Source: Oikopleura dioica (Eukaryota > Animalia > Chordata). Taken from it: DNA of 64,000 nt. This document shows positions 47,610 to 64,000 of this stretch, in pieces. The position numbers were made by a program, and so were the translations under genes. Numbering within the stretch: the stretch's first letter is position 1; each line of letters opens with the position of its first letter. Where the stretch lies: NCBI GenBank assembly GCA_907165135.1, contig OU015569.1, positions 5,270,001 to 5,334,000 of the forward strand, read 5' to 3'. A model generated the notes under the pieces. That model did not search any database and had not been told where the DNA came from. It saw only the letters and a program-made list of their open reading frames with translations.

Positions 47610-49627
47610 CTAGTAAGGATTAGACCTGTTCATCCCCTTGTTCTGTCGAGCGGGACCGCCACCAGCGAAATGACCGTACGAGGAGCCAAAGCTGGGCCCA
47701 CCATAAGCTATAAATTCCGGTAAGTCGCTATCTCGCATTTGTTAATCAGATAACCGTAGCGAGCAGATTCTCTCAAAGAAATTGAAATCAAGGAAGACAA
47801 CTTTCTTTATTCCTCTTTTTCATAAATAAACCTTGATAGACTTGGATGCGTGGGGTCAAGAATTTCTGGTTAGTATATTTTTTTTTGATTTTCCATTTCG
47901 AATTTGTTCCGTTTTCGTTTTCACGTGCGATCAAACAAACGAAAACTTGTCTCTTTCTAAATATCGTGGCGATATTTCAATGACGCTTATTTCAGAGCTT
48001 GTGTGGGTTTTATACATTGTGCAAGTTACGAATTTTGAGTTGTTACAGTGCAAGTTACAGCCACTGTGGGCTCCTCACGCTGTGCAAGTGTGGGTGGAGT
48101 TTGCGATGATGCTCGATCCAGTTAGTAAATTTAGAATCTAAGTTTAGGTATCTCTTCCACGGAAACTTACAGTCGTATCTATAGTTGTTTTGGTAATGAA
48201 AGTTTCGCTGCTGCTTGTACTGGTAGTTGTCTACCGCCGATTTGCACTCTACTTGTTTATCGTCGATCGTGTGCCACTTTTCTTTGACGCATTTGGCTGA
48301 AAGAGGAATTATTCTCTCTGTTTTCGGTCGCGGAGATAGAATGTTGTGAATTGAACTCACCCGCTAGATCTTCATCTTTCAGCGTCATGAAGGCGAATGG
48401 CCTGAACTCCAAATTTGCGCTGTGGTTATTAATCTCTAGCCGTTACCTGGGCATTTCGGAGTGTTTGTCGATTCCACGCTCAAAGGAAACGATTTCACCG
48501 TATAAGTCCGTGAAAAAAGTTTTGATTGTTTCGTCGTCGGTTTCGGGCTTCAAGCCGCCAACAAAGATCTTAGAGTTTTTCGATGCGCCCTTGGGATCAA
48601 TGCGCTTTCCATCTTACCGGTGGTAACAAATTTCGCCAGCTATTTCCACTTTCTCGTTGTTTTACAAGGGACCGGGGTCTAACCAGAGCATCGTTACTTA
48701 CAAAACTGGCCTTGAAAATCAAAAACTCGAAAAAAGTAAGAGAAAACGCCCTAAGAGGAAAACAATGAAAGAGATTTTCATTAGACCCCATGGCTTCGGA
48801 AGTATTTCTTTTCTTTTCGGCCCTGTCACGTGGTTATACTGTGGCTAGTGGGAAATTTGTGACCTTAACTAGATTATGGGCCTCCTGAGCCTTAACTTTC
48901 TCCACTGAGGCAGCATCCTAGAGAGCAAATGTCATCTCAAGAGATCGAAGAGGGTCAATTACCTTGAATAGGATGAAACCAAAGCCCCGAGAGCAACCAG
49001 TGTAGACATCCGTTTTGATGTCAACATCTTCAAGTTCCCCGAACTGCTCGAAATATTCCCATAAGTTGGCCGTCGTCGTCTCGTGCGCCAGTCCCCCGAC
49101 GAACATTTTTCGATCCGAGGAGCCCATGTGCTTTTTGAGTATTTGACCGTGTTTTTCATCGCTCTTCAACTGGAGACGATTCGCGTCGTCTTGTGGCAAG
49201 CCTGCGCCGGTACTTCCGGCTGGAGGGACACTGCCTCCGCCGTAGCCACCGTAGCCAGCATTAGGATCATAACCGCCGTAGTTTCCTTAAAATTCTTTTC
49301 AATCTCTCTTGTACTAGTCGCCTTCAAAAAAATCATGAATGCTTGTATGAGCAGCAATTCTTACGCCAGGCAATAAAATCATAAAACACTCATTAAAGTG
49401 TCGATTCTCTTCATTTTTTTGTAAAAACGGCATAATTTAGGATAGCGGTTGTACTGAGCGAATCGAACTGGCGTGGTAGACAAAGATAACGGACACAAAA
49501 TGAGGGATTGGCATAATCTATCAAAAGTGGAGTCTCTTATCTTACCTGACGCGCCTTGCTCCGAATAGCCGCCGGACGCATCGAAACCGTTAAATCCATA
49601 GCAGTAATCGTAGGGGTTCTGTGCCAT
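47610..49627 (-). CDS. HNRNPD: hnRNP D/AB (AUF1/Squid)-like protein, 2 RRMs, C-terminal PY-NLS
   Basis: RRM1 KMFVGGL...SRGFGFILF; linker DGKRIDPK; RRM2 KIFVGGLKPET...PFAFMTL...HTIDDKQVECK; last exon YGGPSFG...RSNPY-stop (47707-47610). Confidence 0.75.
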
Positions 49628-49938
49628 GCTGAAGTAGAACTTTTCACTCAAACTGATTTTGGATCAACTCCGAATGCTTTTTAGTTTAATGAACGAAGTA
49701 AATTAATCTTGATGGCACTAGAACGAAAAAATGAACAAAAATAAGGAACTGTAATGAAATGCATGTTGAACGATTCGAAATGAAGACAAACTTTTTGATA
49801 GGATTCTTTTTTTCGATTCATTGAAGATTTACAGTAGTTTTTTGATTGGAAGATGTTTTTAACGAACTGAATGTCAGAAGCTCAGAAACTCGGTGAGAGT
49901 CACTGAGTGAATTAATCTGTCGGCGGGTGGATAAATTA

Positions 49939-51398
<1,460 letters not shown>

Positions 51399-52101
51399 TT
51401 AAATATTGCCAAAAAATCGTGATGGTTATGCAACTGCTCTCTACGGAGAGGCGTGATTATTGACTCAGGTCAGTGCAATCTCTTTCTCAAGCATACACCC
51501 TTTTTATTCTAACTACCTTTTATAGCACAAACTAAAAGCAGATGACCTCATTCAGAAAAAATTATCATAAGTTCGGCAATCTAGAAATAACATGACCGCA
51601 AAGTCAAGGATTGCGACTGAACTAAAAATCCACTGTCTGGATTTCGTTCTTTTGCAAACAGACAAATATTGCATTATGAAATATACGGTATATTATATAC
51701 CTCGTTCTTCTTCTCAATTTAAACATCGTGAAAAAAAACCTTGTTCTTGAAGAGTAATTTCCTGTCTTGAGTATGCATCGAAAAACGCGGTTCAATTTAA
51801 ATAAATATATTTTCATGTATTTTTTGTTGTATAGTAGAAGCTACTTAATTGCACTTTTGTTGATATTTTCATACAGTTGTTTGTTTTTGCAAATGTAAAA
51901 GAAAAAGAGGAAACAGAAATATGTAAAAAAAAAGAAGGTTGGCAAGCGAAATTTCTTAGATGATAATGAAGTGACCGAGTTTAGTAAACTGGAAATTGTT
52001 AAATGCAAAAATCAGTCACAGTTTGAAGAGAGGTAAAGCTTGGATTAAATTAATTGACACTATTCGAAAATAGAAATGCTGCAGATTGCACGAAACTTGT
52101 T

Positions 52102-55100
52102 TTACTTTTTGCTACTTTGAATGGAAGGCGCGATTGAGCCTCTGGGGGCGGGCGGTTTCGCGCCGAACCAGCTCTTTTTGTATTCTAGCGTATCGCTCAC
52201 TAGCTTTTTGTCGTCACTTGAGAAGGCCAGCGCCTGGCCGAGCGCCTTGAGAATGTGCTCCCTGTCATGGCTGGGCGCAGTGATGTACCGCAAGACGATA
52301 TGCTTCAAATAGTCTAGATCGACCTCTGGGCCGTTGTTGCTCGCCTCTTCTATCACTCGTGCTTTTTCTATCTCAAGCTCGTTTTGCTTCTCAAGAACTT
52401 CTTTTTCCCTGTCCATTACTTTTTGCAGCTCTTTTTTCAACTCTTGCACCTGCTTTTGCGACATCTTCGCCGTTTTTTCAGAGTCTGCTTTTTGACTAGA
52501 GACGCTCTCAAGCGTCTTGTGGAGCTCTTCTTCTTTACTGCGAAGCCTGGACTGAAGCTCTTCCGCAATTTCCTGTTGCTTCAATGCTTCAGTTTCGAGA
52601 TCGGCGATCTTTCCCAATCTTTCAGCGGCAAGTTCCTCGGCTGCGGCCACATTTTGTTCGATTTTAGCACATTTGGCCTCGAGCTCTGTAGATATGCCAA
52701 TCAGTTTAGACCGCTCTTCCTCAGCTTTCTCCAGCAACGAGCCCTTTTGAGACTCTTTCTCTTCGCGTAAATCGCGAATTTGCTCCAGCAACGAAGTTTT
52801 CTCTTTCCCAAAGTCGGCTGACTTCTGATTTACTGATTCAAGCTCGCCACGTAGTTCTTTTAGCTCGCTGCTGATGCATTTGAGCTCGGCGGATTGACTC
52901 TCGGACAAGCTCTCAACTTGAGCGAGCTTTTTCTTCGTTGATTTCAGTTCGTCCTCGACGTTTTTCAAAGCACCAGTCGCGTCACTTTCCGACTTTTGCG
53001 CCACAACGAGTTTTTCCTCCATCTCCTTCACTTCATTTGCCGCCTTCTCGGAGCGATTCTCTGCGTTCCCAATGTTCTTTTGAATTGCATCGAGTCTACT
53101 GTTGAGTGTCGCGTTTTCTTCGCTCAAGGTAGTGTGCTCATTCAGAGCAGTTTCGAGCTTGATACCGACGATTGTATTTTGTTTTTCTAGTTCTTCAACC
53201 TTCGATTTTGTCGAAGAAAGCTCGTTCATCGTCTGCGCTTGAGATTCTTTGAGACTTGCGAGTTTCTCTTCGAGACGACTCTTTTCTGCAATCAGGCGAG
53301 TGTTCTCTTCAGACGAAGCAGCAAACGAGTTCTTGTTATCGGTGACGATCAACTCCAGTGATCTTACGAAAAGCAATAATTTGAAAGGAAGTTAATGAAA
53401 AAATACCTTTTCGCTTGATCTATCGACTCTATTTTGTTTGAAAGGGCGGTACACCTCTTTTCTTTTTCGTTCATCTCTGCTTGGAGTTTTTCGTTCTCGC
53501 CTTTGAACATTTCTATTTTCTGAAGAAAAGATGGGGGAACGAGCTTACGAGTTAAGCTTACAGTTTCAATCTCTCTTGATTTCTTCTCGAGATTTTTGTT
53601 TTCCTTTTCCAAATCTTTCACCTTCTTACTTTGCTCCGTTTCGCGCTTTTGACATTCGCCAAATTTCTTCTCGATTTCATCAAGACTTTCTTCAGCAGTT
53701 TGGTGCTTCGATGAGACGACGGATAGGCGCTGTTCGAGCTCCATTACTTTTACTTCTGCTAGCTTTTGGGAGTCATGTGCAGTTGAAAACTTTTCCTTCA
53801 AGTTTTGAGCAGCTTCATCGGAAGACGCGAGTTGTTTCGTCAAGTTTTCGATCGTACTTGCGTCAGCTTTGCATTTGTTCACGACTTTCTTTAACTTGTC
53901 ATGCGCTAGAAAACGCATTTAACTTGAAAATATGCTGTCCATTTTACCTTGTTTGAGTGACTTGTCTTTTTCGTTGAACTTTTGCTCGCAGTTTTTCACT
54001 CTGTTGATATTCGTTTCTAAGTCTTCCTTGGTCTGATTGTGGATTCGAACTTCTTCGGCAAGTTTGCTCTCGGTTTTCTCAAACTTGTCTCGGAGCTCTT
54101 CAAGATCGCCGGACAACTAATGGAATCATAGGAATTGCATTTATGAAATCGAGTCTTACCGTCGTTGCTCGATCTTCGGCCTGTTCGATTCTCTCCATGA
54201 GACTTTTGCGTTCCGCCTCTCCCAGCGCCGAGTTCTCCGCGTTGATTGAAGTTGTTTCTTCCAAATCGGCAAGGCGGCCGTGTAGGTTTCTGAAAATCCG
54301 GTTAGTCTCCAAATCATGGCGAGATGACGTACTTGAGATCGTTTTGGAGTGTTTCATTTTGATTCTCGCTCGTGCTCAATGACGCCTTGATCTCCGAGTT
54401 TTCGCTTTGCAGCTGCTGCAACTTGCTCTGAAGCAGATCGATTTCTTCTTGCAGCCTTTGAGATTTCTTGGCAGTCTCTTCAGACTCTTCGAGAGCTAAA
54501 TTCCACTCGTGAGAAAGATAGTCCACAGAGAGAGAAAAAAGTTTATAAAGAGTTTCGTCCATTATGTTTCTTGGAGAACTGTATTTATTTTACAATCGCA
54601 GCTAGGTGGCTCATTTTCAAATATTGAAACAAGCAAAAATGTCGAGCTTGGTTCGTTCGGAGCACCGCGCAAGGGCTCACCGCCGCGGAAAATTTTCACG
54701 CGCTAAATTTTACCCGAGACTTTTGAATTTGTATGAAATCTGTTGAAATAATAACTGTATGTATTTGAAATAGATTCAATTTCAATTCTCTACCTTTACT
54801 TTTCTCAGTCTCCAACGAGCTCAACTTTGACTCCAAATCTTTTCGGATCCCCAGAGCTTGCTCAAGTAGGTCTCGATAATTGGCGAGCTCGTTTGAATTA
54901 GCTGTCAGTTGAGCTTCAATTTTTTCAGCTTCAGAGGTGAATCTTTGGTTTTCTTTATAAATATCGGTGGCGGTGCTTTTGGCGTCGGCCGTTTCGCGTT
55001 TGCAGCGTTCGTTTTCGCGCTGCATTTCTTCGTATTTGGAAGACATTTGGCTGTGCTCGTCGGTCATCTTCTTGTGTGCGTCTTGCAACTTGTAGTTTCC

Positions 55101-57083
55101 CTCTTTGAGACGCGCATTGACCGCTTCCTGCTCGACAAATTTTTCTGTGTAAGCTTGGTTCTCCAAAGAAAGCCGCTCATTTTCTTCCGATGAAGAGGCA
55201 AGATGCTTCTCTCGGTTAGCGAGCGCAGCTTCAAATTTGCCGCTTTCGACAATTTTCTCCGAAAGCTGGAGTCGTAGTTTTTCACCTTCGTCGACAAGCT
55301 TGCGTCGCTCTTGTGTCAACTCAGAGTGTTCGTCTCGTAGTCGTGATGCTTCGGAGTGTGCAGACTCGAGCTCATATTTTAGCCTAAAGATTTGTTACTA
55401 GCAATTTGAGTGAATTTTATACCTAGAGAGCGCATCGTCAGTTTGAAGTTTGTCAGTCTTGAGCGACTCCACATTTGCTAGTGCACTGTTGAGTTCTTCA
55501 CGAGTATTATCAAGTTCGATTTTTAAGGCGATCGCATCTTCACTAGAGTTTTCTTTAAGTTGGCTCCTTGCTTCTTCCAGCTGTGACTCCGCTGAAGCAG
55601 AGTTAAAAAAGGCACAAGAATAGTACTCTTCCTTGATTTCAAGAAAAATTACCTACCTAAGAGAAGCATGTGCTTGATCTTCGCTGACTCTTGGTTAGCA
55701 AAATCGCCCGTTTCTTCTAGCTCGTCTCGATGAGTAACAACTTTAGAAAGCTCTCGTTCGAGATCTCTGACTCTGTCTTGCGCCAGGCGAACTGAGTTTT
55801 CGGACTCTTTTGCGATCTTTTTCGCTTGTGATGCCGCTTCTTGGCTATAAAGGATAAACAAACTCATTCCAGTTTTTGCTGCAAACCTGACTTCCAGTTG
55901 GCCAGAAAGTTTTTCCCTCTCGTGTTCTAGCTTTCGTATCATCACCGCGCGTTCTAATTAGATAATTGAAATTTGCAAGATCAAGAGGTTCCGCAAATTG
56001 GGTGAAAACAAGACGATTCAGGTTAGATGAAGGTAAGTTAATTTTTGGAGTACATTTGGGATATATTTACTATTATTGTTTCGACGTAGAGCTGAATGCT
56101 TTTTACTGGCGGATATTGTTGGCGAGGTGCGCGAGCGAATAAATATAATCATCGGCTACCCTTAACTATGCTAGCACACCCTTAATTGTCAGGAAACATG
56201 AATGAAGATCTTTCCTGACAATTCTAAGCCATACGGAGACATTCCTTTGCTTCTTTTCCCAGTTCCAATTTAATCTTTAACTGGTCAAGACGGAAATAGC
56301 TCCTACTGAAAAAAAATCTTTCTGCGACAAGCTTAATTCATTCATGCAAAAGAATTTCAATATTTTTAAGGACTCTTACTTGCCAAACGATGGTAAAATT
56401 TGTCAAAGACATCGAAGTCGTCGAGAAAATAGTCCATTTCTTTGGTACTTTTGTTGATAAGTAAGTATTTAAGAGGGCTACCAGCGAGTCCTTAAAATGA
56501 GTATAGAAAACTTACTCGCTAACTAAAATAACTAAATAACAGTCGTACCCGTACTGTATTTTTGCACCGCTTACGTTTTGTTTACAATGGTGACACAATC
56601 TTGAAGCTACATTTTAATCAGCTTCAGGATTTTCGCCATATCCATATTGACACTTTGTACACCAGCGAGAGTTTTTGACACCAAGAATTATTGTCCTAGA
56701 ATTTGAAACATGCTGTTTTCTATCTTTTGCGTTAATTTCACCAGAATGCGGAAGCGATTAGGAATGATTGAGAATTCGAATCATGCGATCTCGTTGAGTG
56801 TGATGATGTTCGAATCAAATGAAATGGAATGAGAATCTACTGTACCAGCGAGTTTTGCCTCCAGCTGTCGAACTCGCACGTCGTTTTCGGTGGCACTCCC
56901 TTGCAGATTTGAGGCCATGCGCATTCTGTTTCGATTCTGCGGGGTGCTGCTCGAGTGAGAGACCGCCGAAGACGTGGAATGTGTCGAGTTTAGCGAGGTC
57001 TGCGAGTCGGATCGCTTCAGAGGACTACCCTGAGCGCTCGACCCGCCCTCCGATTTCGTCTTGTCTTTCAATTTCTTGAACAT
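52102..57083 (-). CDS. GOLGA1: GRIP-domain golgin (golgin-97-like), long coiled coil
   Basis: N-terminus MFKKLKDK; C-terminal GRIP DLDYLKHIVLRY...LVSDTLEYKKSWFGAKPPAPRGSIAPSI matches the golgin-97 tail ([23 protein letters not shown]). Confidence 0.85.
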
Positions 57084-57202
57084 CACTCAATCTAAAAGTC
57101 CCCGTGATCATTGATTTGAACGGCAGCGATCATTAGCATTTTGAAGCTACAGGAAAGACATGTAGCAGGAATAGATAGAAGAAGAAGCCTTGGACTTTAT
57201 TA

Positions 57203-60472
<3,270 letters not shown>

Positions 60473-60538
60473 TCTTTAATGGAAGTGAGTTTATTTAGAG
60501 TATTTATTGGGTACATGAAACGGTGACAGAGAAAGAGT

Positions 60539-61082
60539 TTATTTTGTCCACGAAATTTTGGGAATATCAAAGTGCAGTTCAGCGATGTCGGCGAGTTTTC
60601 GGTTGTAGTCTTCAACTTTTTCTTTGTGGCTTTTGCCAGCCTGAAGTAATCGTTTAATGGATAAGTGAAATAGAACATTACCTTTTTTAGAATACGATCC
60701 ATTTCTCGTTCGCGTTGTTTTTCGAGGAATTTTCGCTCGGTTGACGTGAGCATAGGGCGGTATTCATCTGGTTCCACTACTGGCACCTCTGTTCTTGTTG
60801 AGCCAGGAACATCGCCTGGATTCCACGGCTCTCTGTTGTCAACTGGCTTGGCGAATCTGTAGTTGGGTGCGCCTGAGAGTTTATCGAGCCCCTTCCCCGG
60901 CTCCGGCGAGGCGCTTCGATCACGCTTCTTCTTTTTCTTCTTACTTTTCTTCTCTTTGCGCTAATCGGACAGTAAAATTGGTTCAGGTCATCGTACTGAA
61001 TTACCTTTGAGATTTTCCCTGATCCGTCTGTTTTCAATTTTAACGCACCGCCAGAGACATAAGCATATGGATTGTCTGCCAT
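60539..61082 (-). CDS. FAM32A: FAM32A-like small nuclear protein
   Basis: YAYVSGGALKLK...KKKKK and C-terminal KSHKEKVEDYNRKLADIAELHFDIPKISWTK-stop; 3 exons. Confidence 0.92.
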
Positions 61083-61831
61083 TTCGACTATCTTAAAATG
61101 CAAAATAAAAAGTGCTGTTGACTGGTTTTTTTTTGTTCAGGAATATATAGGCTTGGTTGTTCTTCAGGGTTTGACAGATAAATAAAGATAATATTTTTGA
61201 AAGAAATTGCACTTACAATAGGAGCAAACATTGATTAAGGAATTCTGCTGGAAACATGACCTGATTGATTTTCGCTGAATGAAATGCGAAGTGAACGAAT
61301 GACGCGAAAAACGGAGAAGCTTCCAAGAAATTACTTTCACTGCAACCTTCTTTTTGTTTATTAATAATAATATATTTAATATATAAATAGTAGCTTGTAC
61401 TTTTCGTTATCGTTTCGTTAGTAAACACTAGATACATGATATTTCATTTTTATTATGTTTTTCAGGATTTTCATACAAGGGTTTAATTATTGCTAAGTTA
61501 GCTGGAAACCCCTTTGGCAGAATACAGAAAAAGAAGTAAATGCTTTTTCGATCTTTGCCCCACATGACATCCCGAACTACTGAGAGTAACCATAGGGAGG
61601 AAAGATGAAACGAGATAGGTTATAAGTGTAATTACAGAAAGGAAGCGATTATAATAATATAAGGATTGTCTGTTGCTGTCATGTTTGCTTACTTAGATAA
61701 ATATAAGAGAACGTACTGAATGAAATTTGTTGTTTAGCCTAGTTCGTTGAGTTTAACACTGCGGCTGTTGTTGTTTTATAATGTTTCGAATACAATTTAT
61801 CCACAGGGTCTGTTGCAAACAGGTCGAGCAT

Positions 61832-63591
61832 TTACGCGTTCATAGCGTCCTTAAAAGCAGCTTGCATTTCTGGGTAGTGATGCAGCGAGGAGACCATTCC
61901 ACCTTCGTTCTTTGGATCAGCGTCATATCTAAAGTCGAGCTATGTAACTAGATCGGGGAGAAACGAGCATACTTGTAGTTGATCTCCGATCCATCCAATT
62001 TGGACATGTTGCCTCCGTAGGCCTTGATAATGGCGTGACCAGGACAGAGATCCCACTTTTTGATCAGAGTAGTGTGGATGTAAGCTTCTGCGACACCTTC
62101 GAAGAGACTGACCGCTTTATAACCTACATATATCGATAAACCCCTGATGCATGTTTCAAAACTATACCAGCGCCGCCAGCAGGGACGACAGTGACATCTT
62201 CACCGAGACTGGCCTTGGCGACATCCTTGACACCACCAGCGTGAGATCGAGAAACGATGACAGAGTTCTTGGGAGCCTAAAAAGCGTGTCGATATTTTTA
62301 AGAGACTGTGTTGACTTACGCTGGCAGAGTTGTCAACCATGTTTCCACCGTGGCCAACCCAAGCCCAAGAAGTAGACTTTTCGAATGGTTTATGGATGAT
62401 ACCAGCGATTGGCTTTTCGTCTATAAATGCAATTTTCATCACAGAATAATAATTGTTAGGAGCTTACCGTAAACAATGCAGACCATAGTGGTGACGTACT
62501 GACGAAGATCTTCAGTGTATTCTTGAGTGGCGTCGAGGGGATCGATCCAGACTGTGATTCGGTTGGGGTCGAGGAATTCGTCAGAAGTGAGAATTCTGTC
62601 GACCTGATAAGAATATATTGAATCGTTAGAATATACAACAAATCTCACCTCTCGGTTTCGGTTGGAAGGAGCGGCAACAGCGTCCAAATCGGGCTTGGCG
62701 GTGTGTTCTTCAGAGACAACGTGAATGGTTGGGAAGTACTTGGTAAAACCGAAGGTCATTGCCTTGTGTGATTCCTAGAATGGTCAAGATAATTAAAGTG
62801 AAAGATTGAAGATAGATTTACTTTGTCTCCGTTTGTGACTGGATCGTCAGCGCCAATATCGCCAGCGGCGACATCGTCGTGAGTGCCCTTTGAAGCCTGT
62901 CCAATGTCGGGGGAGTTTCGAATGTCGACGAGGATCTTGCCACCTCGTTCGGCGAATTCGATTGAAGCCTTGATCAGCTCTAGAATGATGATAATAAAGC
63001 GAATTAACGGGTAAAGATGGTACCTTTCATGGAAACTTGAGTTGCAGTGGACTGAAGGGGCACTGGTGCGGGCACCAGGATGTAGTAACAGAGTGCAATC
63101 ATAGAGAAGAATCCAACGAGAAGACCAAGAGGGGAAATTCTGACGCCGGTGTTACCAAGTCTCACCTAAAAAGACATACTCAATAACTGTCCAACAAGTA
63201 ATTGAACATGGAATGATTGCACCTTAATTATTTGAAAGGTCAATTATATAAAAAATCGCAATTATTTTTATTATTCGAGAACATTTTAGACACTGACATC
63301 GAGGTGACATCTTAGACTCACATAGCGAAAATGTTTGCGGGCGAACTAAATTTAGTTTAATTTGAAAAGTAGGAAACAAAGACTTTCGAGAAAATCAAGA
63401 AAATGAACACCGGAAGGATAGAACATGATTTACCTCCTAAAAAGGGTCAAGAAGAGGTTTCATTTTGCGAAAAAGTCCAACTGGGCAGTTTCACCCGTGA
63501 TTAAATCTAAATAAAGCAGCGAATTTTTGCTCACCTGAAGCTTTTGCAAAGCGGAGAGTTTACCCAGTGGGGCATACTTAGTATCCGACAT
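61832..63591 (-). CDS. IMPAD1: Golgi PAP 3'-phosphatase (IMPAD1/BPNT2)
   Basis: GVRISPLG plus TM; SEEH, WIDPLDATQEYTE, VSRSHAG, PAGGAGYK, KKWDLC..HAII. The first exon at 63591 is inferred. Confidence 0.9.
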
Positions 63592-64000
63592 TTCCTTTCT
63601 TAAAATAAGTAAATTATTAGCAAACCGGTTTTCGATAAATGGATCTTTCGCCCGTAACAGTTGAGGGGAAATAGCGCGCGTTCGAGGCCCATTAGTGTAT
63701 AAAAAATAATTGTCGTATCAGTAATTACGAATGTGATGAAGAAAGTGGGGGCCCAGCGGAGATTGACGGAATACAGGAGATAAAAGTGAATGTAAAATAT
63801 CGAGATCGAGCCATTCCTGAGTTTGGGGACTTGCTGAATTCTTATTTTAAATGGCGAATAACTGAGGGTGGAAAGGACTGCGAAATTGTATTCCCATTAG
63901 GTTGAGGTCGTTGGGTTATTGTTCATTTGTTGATGTTCTTGGGCTTCGGTAAGGTTTGTGATATTATCGGTGAAAGTGCAGCCAGTGAGACCGGGACCGT

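Noticed and set aside
48610-48870. hnRNP RRM1 junction seeming to need a GT-AA or TT-AG intron, or a 17-aa inserted exon
   Set aside because: A single missing G at the acceptor (taag/GAT) explains it, consistent with other homopolymer under-calls.
63434-63436. Possible 3-nt micro-exon (tttttag GAG gtaaat) in IMPAD1 intron 1
   Set aside because: A motif this short occurs easily by chance and has no homology support.

Overview
Gene-dense eukaryotic DNA with very short introns (mostly about 30-70 nt), several GA-AG and GC-AG introns, and tightly spaced same-strand genes. This style fits the appendicularian tunicate Oikopleura dioica (inferred, not database-checked). About 20 spliced genes were reconstructed by hand. 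They include a PDE9-like phosphodiesterase, a TSP1/mucin membrane protein, TTC36, a shrunken ZFHX3/4 (Zfh2) zinc-finger homeobox gene, a CRYZ-like oxidoreductase, an LC8-like dynein light chain, an orphan coiled-coil protein and an eh1+3xC2H2 factor. Nine consecutive minus-strand genes follow: IMPAD1, FAM32A, DHX16, GOLGA1, GOT1, hnRNP D/AB-like, a CTR copper transporter, Diaphanous and TIMM29. The most unusual content is non-coding. A 3.4-kb foldback palindrome with an 8-bp target-site duplication (TSD) and head-to-head 57-bp arrays sits just 3' of ZFHX. A 3.4-kb nested stack of 4-5 DNA elements fills a CTR intron. Two elements with GACG...CGTC ends and 3-bp TSDs are also present. Several 1-nt homopolymer frameshifts in essential genes suggest consensus errors in the assembly. 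All alignments are by eye and from memory of the families; no searches were run.
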